A stretch of 63,927 nt of DNA, filler included, from Stramenopiles sp. TOSAG23-6 (taxonomy: Eukaryota): NCBI GenBank assembly GCA_900128565.1. It is 10 parts of 10 records of this genome, joined end to end, with 100 filler letters (N's around TTAATTAATTAA, not from the genome) between each part and the next. Parts side by side here need not be neighbours in the genome. Positions count along the whole stretch, not along the records: positions 34,047 to 45,251 come from LT636276.1; positions 45,352 to 56,506 come from LT636277.1; 8 more parts are not named here. One strand, given 5' to 3'. Of this stretch, positions 36,252-48,237 are shown piece by piece. Both the position numbers and the translations under genes were made by a program. Below the pieces are notes generated by a model. That model searched no databases and was not told where the DNA came from. It saw only the letters and a list, made by a program, of their open reading frames with translations. Numbering within the stretch: position 1 is the first letter of the stretch; every line of letters starts with the position of its first letter.

Positions 36252-38157
36252 ATGAGACTTATGCTCCCATCTCTCATTCGTTATGGTAAACACCATAGAA
36301 TATCAGAGCTTAGACGGTATTTTTATGCAGAGAGTACATCCAGTTTTGCTAATTATGGACTCCATGACTCACTCGTTACAGCTCTATCTAAAGCTGGATT
36401 TTCTCGCCCTACGCAAATACAGGCTCTTACATGTGATAAATTAAGATGTGCAACACGACAGAATTACAAACATACAGATCTACATTCAGTCGAACACAGT
36501 AAACCATTTGCAAAAGTTGTAGCTGCTGAAACAGGTAGTGGAAAGACTCTCGCTTACTTGGCGCCATTAGTATCCGATTTACTTGACTCTCCAGGCAAAC
36601 GTTCTTTAATTCTCTGTCCTAATCAAATGTTATGTGAACAAGTTGCTCAAATAGCATCAAATATGCCTGTACAAGTGGCTATTTTGACTGCTCACTCGGC
36701 TCCTTTGGCTGATAGAGGACTCCCAGATCCAAATGTACTCATTTCTACACCAAGTAGTTTCTTACGACATGTTGAAGCGTATATGGATAAAGGCAGACAA
36801 GCGAATTTTGTGAATAATTTACAGCAAGTTGTATTCGATGAGGCTGATCTGCTTCTTACGGGTGGATATGACGATTCAATTCGTGAAATCTTTTCTTTTT
36901 TTGTATACAAACAACTTCAAAAACATGGATTTCGTGGTGTTCATTCCCTTCATAACAAACATTTGGGCAAATATATGCGAAAATTAGTATGGAAAATTGG
37001 TGATAATAAGCTAAACGATGATATGAAGAAGGAGTTATATGTAAAACATTCAACAAATTTAACAAATTCAACAAATTCAACAAATTTAACAAATAATAAT
37101 AATGAAAAAAATGATTTTTCTTCTTCGACAGTTTTGGAAAATGAACCATTACAGTTTGTTTTTGTTGCTGCTACTTTACCAACCAAAGCTGAAAAATCCG
37201 CTGGTAATCATATTTATACTGCTTTTGGTAAAAATAGTGAATGGATTGGATCACCTGGTCTTCATCGAGGTGCTCCTAATGCGACATTTGAGTGGGTGAC
37301 TTTACATGTATGTTTTCATCATTCATATCAAATTTCAAATTTATATATTTTTTTTTTTTTTTGTACCTAACAATTTTTTTTATTGTAAAACATAATGTTT
37401 CACAATTCATACAAAAGGCCCAGATTCATATGATGAATCTAGTGGTTTATTTATTGGTGATGAACAGTGTGAGGAACAAAAAAAAGAAAATATTGAAATG
37501 AAATATCGGGCAGTTATTGAGACTTTACACAATCAATATGATGAAAGAATTAAAAAATACGAAAATATTGAAAATATGGATAAAACAACACTTTTATTTT
37601 GTAATACAATTAAATCAGCAGATGCATTAACAAAAGTATTAAATGAAGCGAATTTCGCAGCGTTTTCATATCATAAAAAAATTCCATCTCTTGAACGAAC
37701 TCAATTATTAAAACGAGTATCTAGAAAAAATTCAATAGATTTAAAAAGTAATTCTCAGAATTCTCTAAAAGATGATGAAATGAATCATTCAATTGATATA
37801 TCTACAAATACAAAAAATACAAAAAATACAAAAAATACAAAAAACAAAAACTTTGAAAATGATCATATTTATATTGTCAGTACAGGAATTGCAGCACGTG
37901 GTTTAGATATACCTAATTTAGAAAATGTTTTACAAGTTGATTTTGCTGAATCAGCAGTTCAATTTCTTCATAGATCCGGTCGGACAGCACGAGCAGGACA
38001 GCGAGGTATAGTGACGTCATTTTATACAAAAGGAACATCAGAAGAATTTCTTGTCAATGCAGTAAAAACTGCATTGGATTCAGGTGAAGCACTTGAAGAT
38101 TGTTTCAGTCGTCGACGTTCTTTTCGAAAAAATCTAAAAAAGTCCAAAAATTGTTAG
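36252..38157 (+). CDS. DEAD-box RNA helicase (organellar type); exons 36252-37307, 37411-38157
   Basis: Q motif, AETGSGKT, DEAD, AAT, ARGLD and HRSGRTAR motifs; the halves join in frame across GT-AT intron 37308-37410. Confidence 0.9.
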
Positions 38158-38711
38158 GTACAAAATTTTTATAAAAAAATAAATTAGAATTTGAAAGACA
38201 ATTTAAATTTTGAAATATATTTTTTTAAAAATAAAAAAAATCAAAGAAATAAAGTAACTTATCGAAAAGAATTTCAAACTTGAAGATATTTTTTCATACG
38301 AAATTTTGTATCGAATCAAAAATCAAAAAAAAATCAAAGAAATAAAAAAGTTGCAGCTATAAAAAGTTTAAAAACTTTTTTGACACGAAATTCATTCAAG
38401 ACCTTAAAACAAACTCTGAAGAATTTTCTCTCAAAAATTGTATAATGGAGCACTACTTCAACAATGTCAACACGGGTGTGTGAGAAGAAGAAGAGTATAA
38501 AAAAATAGTCGTAGGAAGTCTCTGACTTTTTGCGCTTTTTGCGGTCATCAAATGACGGTTATAAAAAAAAAAAAAAAAAATTTGAAAAAATCCGTCAATC
38601 CGGTGATAAACGACGGTTAAAATCTTGAGTGAGAATCGGACGATTCTTTCTTGTTTGCGACATCTTCTTACTCATTTCAATCATTGTATTGTTTTATATT
38701 GTTCATAAAAA

Positions 38712-41700
38712 ATGAAAACTTCAATTGTTTTTGCGTTTTTTGCCGTCACAGCACAGCTACATTCAGCATATTCAATGAACCAAAGTGCATCCCAGTATCA
38801 ACCTGATCAAGCTCTTCCTTTCATAAAGGGAAAGATAAAAAGCCTAAAAGAGAAAATAAAAGAGCTATTTGAACAACAACCTGTGAAACTATTTGAACAA
38901 CCTGCGAAATTCGATGTAGGACTCGTCAACGAAGTTGTAAAAATGGCACAATTGTGGAAAAAATGGGATATCACTCATGATGACTTGAAAGCATATAATG
39001 TGAGACCAGCCGGTAGAAGGATAAAAATGATCGAGTTATTACATGAGTTATATAAACAAGTGCAAACAGAAACGATATTGGAGGCAGAGCAAAAGAGAGA
39101 ACTTGATATAGAAGCAGAGAAAAAGAGAGAACTTAATATAGAAGCAGAGCAAAAGAGAGAACTTGATATAGAAGCAGAGCAAAAGAGAGAACTTGATATA
39201 GAAGCAGAGCAAAAGAGAAAACAAATGAAAGGACTACAATTACTTTGTAGATTAACAGAAGATGATTTGAATGATCAAACATATTGCTCTCGTGGTAAAT
39301 CGTATAACTACCTACCATGTGGAAAATATGTATGCAATGCTGAAGGAGATGTGATAGAGTTTCACAAATATTCTTACCATGTACGAAACTTCAAACCTAG
39401 ATTCCTCGTATATCTATCACAACTCACACATCTCTCGATGCCAAACAGAGTGAAAGGATTTCTTCCAGGTTCTATTGGCACTCTTCAAAATCTTACACAT
39501 CTCGATATCTCAAATAATCGCCTAAATTATGTACCTAAATTCATTACGAATCGTCAAAACCTTGAAGAATTAAATTTGTCTAACAATAAGCTTACAGAGT
39601 TACCACAGTCTATGCGTCAACTCCAAAAACTACGTGAATTAAATTTGTTCAACAATAAGCTTACAGAGTTACCACAGTCTATGCGTCAACTCCAACAATG
39701 TATGTTTTATTTTTTTTTTACAAAAAAATCGTTTTTTTTTTCGTACGAAATTTTGTACCTAACGAATTTTTTAGATTTTTTTTTGAAATATTTTTCCAAA
39801 ATACATTACGTGTGTTAAACATTCATGACAATCCAATTCTACGAGATCCAAAAGTCATTGGTCATCTGAAAAATTTGGTAACACTAAGAATGGATTCTCA
39901 AATGAAAGGTAAACGATTCATGAAGCGACATAGACGAAACATCCCAAAAGAAGAATTATGGGAAAATTTTATGCCTGATTGTACGTTTTAAATGTTTTTT
40001 TTCATAGTAAATTTTGTACCTAACAAACATTTAAAATGTTTTTGTAAAATATATTTTTTTTTTTTTTGTATATATGTTATTGAAATTGAATGTTTTAATA
40101 ATTTGTTTTTACTATGAAACTTTCATAAATACCAAAATACCTAACTTTTTACTATAAAACTTAGATAAATCGGCCAACTAACAAATAATTTTTAAACCAA
40201 AAATCTTTTTTTTTTTACAATATATGGATCGAAAACCTCACAAATCTCCAGGAATTTGGGCTAGATGATCTAAAATATGGACCACATCATATACACTCTC
40301 TTTATTTGAAATCACTCAAAAAAGACAAGAAAACGTTATTAACTCACTTGAAGGGTCGTTTTCCAACAGAAATTAATGATTTTGAAAGTGTTGTGCATGA
40401 AGTAAAGGATGTAATTGCTTGTGATGGTAAAGTCATTTTGAATGGAACTACTTTGCCTGGAGCACTCTTTCTTGCTGCGTATAAAAAAAAAAAAAACAAA
40501 TCCTATTTGTATGAATATCCAGTAACATTACATGTAACCAAAAGAGAAGTAGAGAGCAAAGTAGAGGAAAAAACAGATACAAAGACAAGAAAGAAAAGTG
40601 CATTGATAATTACAACTAGCGCTAGTGCTGATGACAATAAAGCATTTTCAAGCTTTGAAATTGATCCTCGTCATATTATTGGTCAACACGATAGATCATC
40701 CGCAAACATAGAAGGGCTCAAAAAGGGCAAAGAAAATTTTTGCAATAAAATGGAATGTCTTACAAGAGAACATAATGTCAAAATTGTTGTAGCATTAACA
40801 ATTGAACAAATTACTGAAGAGGTCAAAAATTCTGAGAATCTTGATTATTTAGAGATTCAAGGTCATGGTAATTCACAAAGTATTCAATTGAGTCCTCAGT
40901 TACAATTACATGCGAATGGAGGTTTCGTTAGACATTTACAATATATTAAAGCAGAAGATACACTATTCTGGTCTGAAATTCCAAAAGCTTTAAGTACATA
41001 TGGTACGTTTTTAATTAACGCTTGCTCTACAGGGGCAGATACCAGGCAAAGTAATTCGGAAGAAATAGGGATGTGGGGGAAATCTTTGTATCAACAATTA
41101 ATCACATTTGAAGATGTAATACACAAGAAATACACAAATGATGTTGCCACCAGAATTCGTCGAATGTTACCCGCTATAAAACTGTTCTACTTTATTGAAG
41201 ATTCTAACAGTGCAATAGTTGTGGAAAACCCAAAGACGAATCAACGTTGTTTACCAGGACAGGGTGATCGCGATGCGGACAAAGCTGGATATCAAGGATC
41301 AAAAAAAATAGGCTTCTCTGGCCATGTTCAAATCCCACTTTGTTCCAATACTGATAAGAAAAATATGTATTGTTTCTTACCCAAGTGCTTTGATGCAATT
41401 GATGTGAGTCAAACCAAAGGTAAATTTCAAGGAGTTCATCTTATAGTCAATCAAGAAATTCAAAATTTGTGTCATTCTTTTAGATATAGTACTGAAGATG
41501 ATGAAAAACGTAATGATACAAATGCAGCTATGAAAGGCGATCAATTTTTAACCCATCCTCTTGGAGCCTGCAAACCAAGAAGAGCAGTTGATCAAGCACA
41601 AAGACTTATTGAACTACGTAGGAATAACCAAATACCAAGCCCAGAATCTTTTAGTATACTTCGATATTTCTCTCGGCTTTCCCAAAACGAACCATCCCGT

Positions 41701-41949
41701 TCAAACAAAAATATTTTTCATTCTGTCATCAAGTGTATAAAAGAGAGATTAAACGATGTGAAAACGTTCGAAACATGTTTACAAAGCCTATACTATTTAA
41801 GAAACATACAAATGACAGCTACAATGTATCGTCCTATATGTTTGATCAATGACAGAGCAGCAGCTACGATTGCAACAAACGTAAAAAAATTATATAGAGC
41901 TAGAAAGAAACGCATTGTTCAACCAATACATACAAATGCATTCCCTTGA
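38712..41949 (+). CDS. secreted LRR protein fused to a putative His-Cys peptidase-like domain; exons 38712-39699, 39807-39980, 40226-41949
   Basis: Signal peptide, 30-bp AEQKRELDIE repeats, LRRs; splicing gives LQQ-LRVLNI and FMPD-W-IENLTNLQEF (LRR register); IQGHGN...INACSTG downstream. Confidence 0.75.
39700..39806 (+). mobile_element. GT-AT intron (107 nt)
   Basis: CAAT|GTATGT...TCGTACGAAATTTTGTACCTAAC...AAAATACAT|TACGT; register confirmed by the preceding near-identical LRR unit. Confidence 0.9.
39981..40225 (+). mobile_element. GT-AT intron (245 nt, expanded)
   Basis: GATT|GTACGT...TTTTACAATATAT|GGATC; fuses the LRR ORF to the 40306 ORF. Confidence 0.75.
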
Positions 41950-42521
41950 AGCCTGGGTTGAAAAACATATACAGGTGGCAATAGGTGATGCATTTTTGTG
42001 ATGATTATATATTATATTATAGAAGAATTTCTGATATGATGATGGCAGATGTAAGGCCAAGTGTGTACTAGATCTTGGTTGCGTGAACTGTAAATCATTG
42101 TAGTTTCATCAAATATAAATACAGAATTCTGGATATATATTATAATTATTGTTGTTTTTTTGATTTTTTTGTTATTTTATTATTTTATTATGTATATTCT
42201 CATCATCATTTGGAATCGTTTTCTTCAGCGAGTTGAGTTTCCTAATCTTGTTTGTTGCTCTTTGCCTTCTTGTGACACGAAATCATGGATTCACCGGTTG
42301 CCTCATTGGTTGAGCTAGTAGCCTATAGCTACTACACTGAATTGAGGAAATATAAGTTAGAGCAGAAGAACAGCGACATGTTATTGTTACAATGATTCAA
42401 TGTGATACACGTTGTCATCAAGTATATAGTAAACGATTAAAAAAAATTGAATATAAAACGAATTTATTTCAAAGAAATCCTATGATTTTGTAAAGTTTTA
42501 AAGTATTTATAATTTTTTTTA

Positions 42522-43583
42522 TTATCCGAGTCGTTTATTACGACGAACTGGAGCGGCATAAGCACCTTTAATAGAACTACCACCAATTGAAGGTAATCGT
42601 TTCTCATGGATTGCTCTTCGTTTTTTATCAAAATCTCGTTTAAGTGTATTGAAATCATTTGATTGGTTATTTTTTTTACTTGCTTCATTTCTTCTTTTTT
42701 CTTGACGTCTACGTAAAATTTCATTTTGTTTTTTTAAATTTTCTCTTCTTTTTCGCATGGCCACTTTTCGAGCATCTACTATTTTGTTATAACTTTTATT
42801 TGATGTTCTTGATCTAGATGCAGCTGAACGTCTTGAACGAACATCGAAGATTGTAGTCGCAGGTTGAGTTAAGCTTGCTGCTATTCTAGATTTACGAATA
42901 CTTAACGAAGATGTCGCATCGCCACGTCGTCGATTCATTTTTATCCGAGTTGCAATTTCAGTCTCAGCTTCAAGTTCAGCTACACGTTTCCCCAATTGTA
43001 CTAGTTTATCTAAACTTCCTACGACTGCGCTTATATTACTACTATCAGCATATTGTTCCATAATGGGAGGTGGCAGATTCGCAGTAGAATCTTCCCCTCG
43101 CAAAGCTTCTTCTTTAATCTTTGCTTTTCTTTGATTCAAAGCAGCTTCATGTGCTTTTAATATGCTTTTATTCTTTACATAATTGACTCTTCTCATTTTT
43201 ACTGATTCGCGCTTTTCAAGTCCATCCTTCAATTTTTTCAAACTAATTATATGACGTTGAATGTCCCTATCCAATCGTTCTTCATAGGATTTGTCATCTT
43301 CTTCATATTTTCTTATAAACTCCTTGCTCACCTGTAAAGGTTTTCTCTGTTCTTCTTGAATGACTTGTGACATCCAAGCAGCCTTTTCTCGCTGATATTG
43401 TTGCCTTTGAGCAGCTTTATGATCTACACGTTTCATTTTTTTTGTACGTATCAAAGCAGCCTTGAGGGCAGCATCATTAGCTAGTTTATGCCAGTGTAAA
43501 AGTTTCATTTCCTGCTCTATTGCCTGGATCTTATTTTCAGGTGTATCTGTTGTTGGTAATGTCGAGTAATCTGGTTCTATCAT
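42522..43583 (-). CDS. hypothetical coiled-coil protein
   Basis: 353-aa ATG-initiated ORF, charged helical. Confidence 0.7.
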   Translation of the reverse strand: MIEPDYSTLPTTDTPENKIQAIEQEMKLLHWHKLANDAALKAALIRTKKMKRVDHKAAQRQQYQREKAAWMSQVIQEEQRKPLQVSKEFIRKYEEDDKSYEERLDRDIQRHIISLKKLKDGLEKRESVKMRRVNYVKNKSILKAHEAALNQRKAKIKEEALRGEDSTANLPPPIMEQYADSSNISAVVGSLDKLVQLGKRVAELEAETEIATRIKMNRRRGDATSSLSIRKSRIAASLTQPATTIFDVRSRRSAASRSRTSNKSYNKIVDARKVAMRKRRENLKKQNEILRRRQEKRRNEASKKNNQSNDFNTLKRDFDKKRRAIHEKRLPSIGGSSIKGAYAAPVRRNKRLG

Positions 43584-43965
43584 TTTGAGTTAAAATGTAT
43601 TTGAATAGAAAGAAAAATATAGGTACACTTTTGTTGAAATATAGATATATTGAAGAGGTACTACTACTAGTACTACTACTACTACTCTTGAGAAAAAAAA
43701 AAAAACGTTACATTGGAACAAACCTGTTACACGGAGAATTCACAGACTAAATTTTATTTCAGAGATATATTTCATAGATCAAAGATTTTCAAGTCAGTAA
43801 TGACAATAAAGCGTTTTTTCAATGTTTCTTAAATTGGAGCAAAAAAATCAAATTTTATTATTTCAAATCTAATTAAAATCAGAAATACAACATAGTAATT
43901 GTATTTATGAGTAGTATATTTGAAACAAGATTAATTTCTACATATAGATAAAATATAATTTTTTT

Positions 43966-45228
43966 TTAAAAAAAATCATCAAGCACTTCTCGTGCATCCC
44001 GATTACCAGCTTTAGCCGATTTAGTAAACCATTTTTTAGCTTCTTCTTTGTCTTCTTCAACACCATCACCTTCAGAAAAGCAGTAACCAATCTTAAGTTG
44101 TGCTTCACTATGACCAGCATTAGCTGATTTCATAAACCACTTGAAAGCTTCTTTTTTGTCTTGAGCAACACCATCACCACGAAAATAGCATTCACCAAGC
44201 TTGTATTGTGCTTCACTATGACCAGCATTAGCTGATTTCATAAACCACTTGAAAGCTTCTTTTTCGTCTTGAGCAACACATTCACCATCAAAATAACAAT
44301 GACCAAGATTATATTGAGCATCACTATTTCCAGCATTAGCAGATTTAGTATACCACTTGAATGCTTCTTTTTTGTCTTCAGCAACACCATTACCATATTG
44401 ATAAGACAAACCAATTTTACTTTGAGCATAACTATAATCACTATTATCCATAAACATCTTAAATGCTTTTTCATCATCCTCTTTATAACCGTTCAAACCC
44501 AGATATGTACATACTGCAATTGCTGTTGGGAAACCAGCAATAGCAGCAGATTCAATCATTAGTTGTCCATTCTCTCCATCAATTTTCTGAAAGTTATTGC
44601 CCCAGTATTTTGCATCACCAAGTTCAAATAATATCTGTGCACCTTTAGTTTCAATCTTTTGACGTTTCACTGCACTATTAGATGACGATGATGAACTTGT
44701 TTTTCGTTTTTTCCCACTACTACTACTACTTGATACTGCAGGTGGTACATTCTCTTCATCGATATCTTCCAAAGGTTCCATTACAGCAGATAGTTTTGTC
44801 TCCTCTTCTTTGAGTAGTTTTGTCAATTTTTTAAAACCATTCAAACGATCACTTTGTTTCTTCTGTGCTTTAACAGCTTCATTTTGTTTTTGTTGAGCAT
44901 CTTTCATAGCTTTTACTGCCTTTGCCACAGTTTGTTGTGCTGCTTCAAGTTGTTTTTCTGCTGCTGATAATTTCTCTTTTACCTTTTCAACTGCAGCATT
45001 TGCTTTCATTATTACATTATTCATTTCTTTCCCTTCCATCATCTCTTTTAAAACAACAACGGATTTTTCATTGACTTTTCTCATTTCTCGCAATTTCAAA
45101 ATTTCTTGCATTCCTTGGTCATGTTTCTCTTTACATATAACTTGTAGTGTATCCAATGCGGATTCAACTCCTTTTGAATAATTACTGGCCACAACGAAAA
45201 CTGATTTCAACTTATCAAGACTTGACAT
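43966..45228 (-). CDS. coiled-coil + Sel1-like repeat protein
   Basis: AQY.LG.CY..G.GVAQDKKEAFKWF.KSANAG repeats. Confidence 0.9.
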   Translation of the reverse strand: MSSLDKLKSVFVVASNYSKGVESALDTLQVICKEKHDQGMQEILKLREMRKVNEKSVVVLKEMMEGKEMNNVIMKANAAVEKVKEKLSAAEKQLEAAQQTVAKAVKAMKDAQQKQNEAVKAQKKQSDRLNGFKKLTKLLKEEETKLSAVMEPLEDIDEENVPPAVSSSSSSGKKRKTSSSSSSNSAVKRQKIETKGAQILFELGDAKYWGNNFQKIDGENGQLMIESAAIAGFPTAIAVCTYLGLNGYKEDDEKAFKMFMDNSDYSYAQSKIGLSYQYGNGVAEDKKEAFKWYTKSANAGNSDAQYNLGHCYFDGECVAQDEKEAFKWFMKSANAGHSEAQYKLGECYFRGDGVAQDKKEAFKWFMKSANAGHSEAQLKIGYCFSEGDGVEEDKEEAKKWFTKSAKAGNRDAREVLDDFF

Positions 45229-45431
45229 TTGAAGANTNCANGAATCAGACTNNNNNNNNNNNNNNNNNNNNNNNNNNNNNNNNNNNNNNNNNNNNTTAAT
45301 TAATTAANNNNNNNNNNNNNNNNNNNNNNNNNNNNNNNNNNNNNNNNNNNNAAAAAAAATTAAATTCGAAATTTGTTAGGTACAAAATTTCGTACGAAAA
45401 AAACAATTTGAAATTCATAATGAAAACGTGC

Positions 45432-45511
45432 GGTATTTGCTAACTTGGGATTTCCTTTATATATCAAACCACCAAAGCATTCCACGCCAACACTTGAAAA
45501 AATAGAGAAGA
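45432..45511 (-). CDS. orphan exon resembling the S5/pore segment of a two-pore-type Ca2+ channel
   Basis: Only open frame between two elements reads FSIFSSVGVECFGGLIYKGNPKLANT. Confidence 0.5.
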
Positions 45512-45611
45512 ATGTATTTTGGAAAAATATTTCAAAAAAAAAGACCTAAAATTTGTTAGGTACAAAATTTCGTACGAAAAAAAATTCGAATTTGAAAAAA
45601 ATAAAACATAC

Positions 45612-47972
45612 ATCTGACCGTAGAAAAACTCGCCAGATAAATCGACCAAATAATCCAACAAGTGATACGATGACAAATGCTGGAAAAGTTGCCATAAGCT
45701 GTGCTGTAAAGTGATTTTCTCTTAATAATTCATCAATTGCAGACATTGCTGTTAAAAGTTCTTTCTTGATGAATTGTACTTGAATGAGCGCCAGACGTAC
45801 CATGTCTCCAGTTACTAGATTTTTCACTGGTTCCTTTACTTCTTCATCGTAAACAGCACTAAGCGCAGACATATCCATTTTTGCGGTTGCTATTGCTATT
45901 TCAGCATCTGTTAAATTATGATGATCGCCTTTAGTATCAATTAGAAAATCTCCTATCATTTTTTGTAATGATAATTTTGAATCTTCCATTGCTTCTACAT
46001 CACTTATAACTATCATTTCATTAAATACAATATCAGCAAACATTTCACTTGCAGGCTCAGTGACATGGAGATACCACCATCGTTTCACACTATTTATACT
46101 TCGTTTCATGGCTTGAAGAGCTTTTCCTCGATAAAAGGCAACAGAACATATGATCCCTATACCTAAAAGACCTACCATTGCAATCTCAGGTGTTTTACAG
46201 ATCCAATATTTTGGAATACTTACCTTTTTATACACCAAAAAACTTTGTAACTCTCCAAATGCACTGTTTACATTCATTTCATCACTTGTAGGTAATATTT
46301 CTTCACAACGGTGCATTTCTTCTCCTTGTGCCATGGCTAAAGTCCTTCCAATTTGTAGTTGCAAAGTACTGGAACGAATCACTTCTCGCCATCCTGAATC
46401 GTCACCTACCCCATTTTCTCTCGCCCAAGACCAAGCCCAGCTTCTATCAATTTCATTATTTGCTCGAGTTTTACTGACACTAAACCATGGGGGAAGCTTT
46501 TTATCCCAGTAATTCACAGGAAACTTTGATATAGCAGCATCAACCAGAAGCAAACCATTCAATGCTACATCGACCAATTCTTTATGATGCACAAAATAAT
46601 CTTCAGTTTCAAGATATAGATTGATCTCATATAGCTTGATCTTCTCCGCAGTAACACCGGCAACAAGAGGAATTGTATAATGTTCAAGCTGCTGAATTTG
46701 AAGTTGAATACTTCCTAAAACAGGAAGAATTTGTTCTTTCATATTTGATAAAAGTTGTAACTTCAACTGAAAAGAAGAGCGAAGATCACATGTATTGTAA
46801 AAAAAATTAAATTCAAAAATTTGTTAGGTACAAAATTTCGTACGAAAAAAAAATAAATTTGAAATTCATAATGAAAACGTACCTACCATATCTCGCATAC
46901 TTCGAGATGTTTGACGTAAAAGAAGAGACAATTGTGAGAGAGAATAGAATGAATTTTCTTCTTCGTAGATGTTGTCGTGGTTGGAATTATGTTGTAAATT
47001 CTTCATTTTATCTGGGTAAGTCTCATAAAAATATAAAGAGAAGCCACGTATTATCAACTCACTATCATTCAAAAGCAATAAACGACACCAATACTCTTGA
47101 CATTCTTCAAATTCTCGTAAAATGATATATAAATGTTCTCTAATTATTTGTAGTTGTAACATTGTAGAACTTGTGAGTAAATCAAGCTCTGTAATTTTTT
47201 GGGATGGATCACGCCATTTTGTTGCTAAACCCGCATCGCCTCCAGAGAGTGCGACATCTGCGTCTGCTTTAACCAAATCAAATAGTTTTTCACTAAGATT
47301 ACAGAGACTTTGACTTAATTCAGGTATACGTATTCTGGACGAGAGACCAGAAACTTTCTTGTATCTTTTCTGCGCTATTCTCTTTTTCTCTGAGGTCGGT
47401 AAAAAAGAGGCAGTAGAATTGGAATTTGATTGTCGGCGACTTAGAGATGGTGTTGCCCATCCATCTGGAAGTTTTCGTCCTTTTGGTGATACAGGTGATT
47501 TGCTTTGGTCTTTTGAATTGCTCTTCTTGTTCATAGATTTACGTTTATTTAACAGTGGCGATGAAATGTCTTTTGTATTTGGAGACAAATTTGGGGACGC
47601 ATTTGAAGCAGATATCATAGAATCACGCTTACTAGCAAGACGTTTTCGTTTTTGTTGAGCAATTTCTGCTGCATGAGTTTGAGAATAGTATTTATATAAA
47701 GCTGACATTGCCCACGCAGAAGCTAAAGTGACACCAGCGCGAAAAACCCACTTTAAAGCTGCTGGGGGATCAGATAAATCAAATCCCAACCAATGAGCAA
47801 CAGCATTAGGAGTTTCAAAATATGCCTTTCGCCAATATCGATTTTTATTATTTGTTTGAGGTGGAATCGAAGTTTCGACACCGGGAGGTTTTCTAATAGA
47901 CGTAATAGACTTTAGAGCCTTTTTCATGTCTGTGGCCAAGTCAGATGCGAATTCCTTTGCCTTTGACGCCAT
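45612..47972 (-). CDS. NCA2: NCA2/DGS1-family mitochondrial membrane protein (3' end uncertain); exons 47972-46883, 46789-45612
   Basis: YDEEVKEPVKNLVTGDMVRLALIQVQ...MSAIDELLREN...ATFPA motif; GT-AT intron 46790-46882. Confidence 0.8.
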
Positions 47973-48237
47973 GATCCTTGTATTATATGTTACTTGTCAT
48001 TACTAGAAACAGTAGCCGCTTTCTCATAATAATGTTTAAATTGATTCTTCGGCAATGAAATTGAAGTAATACGTAAATAATAGCATATTTTTTTTTAGTA
48101 ATGGGGTAATGGGATGTCAAAAAAAAATTTGATTTGATTTTTGAATGACGTCATTTCGATTTTGACTCGAGTCAAAATGGTTGTTGTGACAGACACGTTT
48201 GTTCGACGCACATAATATAGTCAAGGTCTATTTTCCG

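Noticed and set aside
39698-39818. Recurrent peptides FFSYEILYLTNF / FVRNFVPN as a novel protein domain
   Set aside because: They are read-through translations of the repeated intron in different frames
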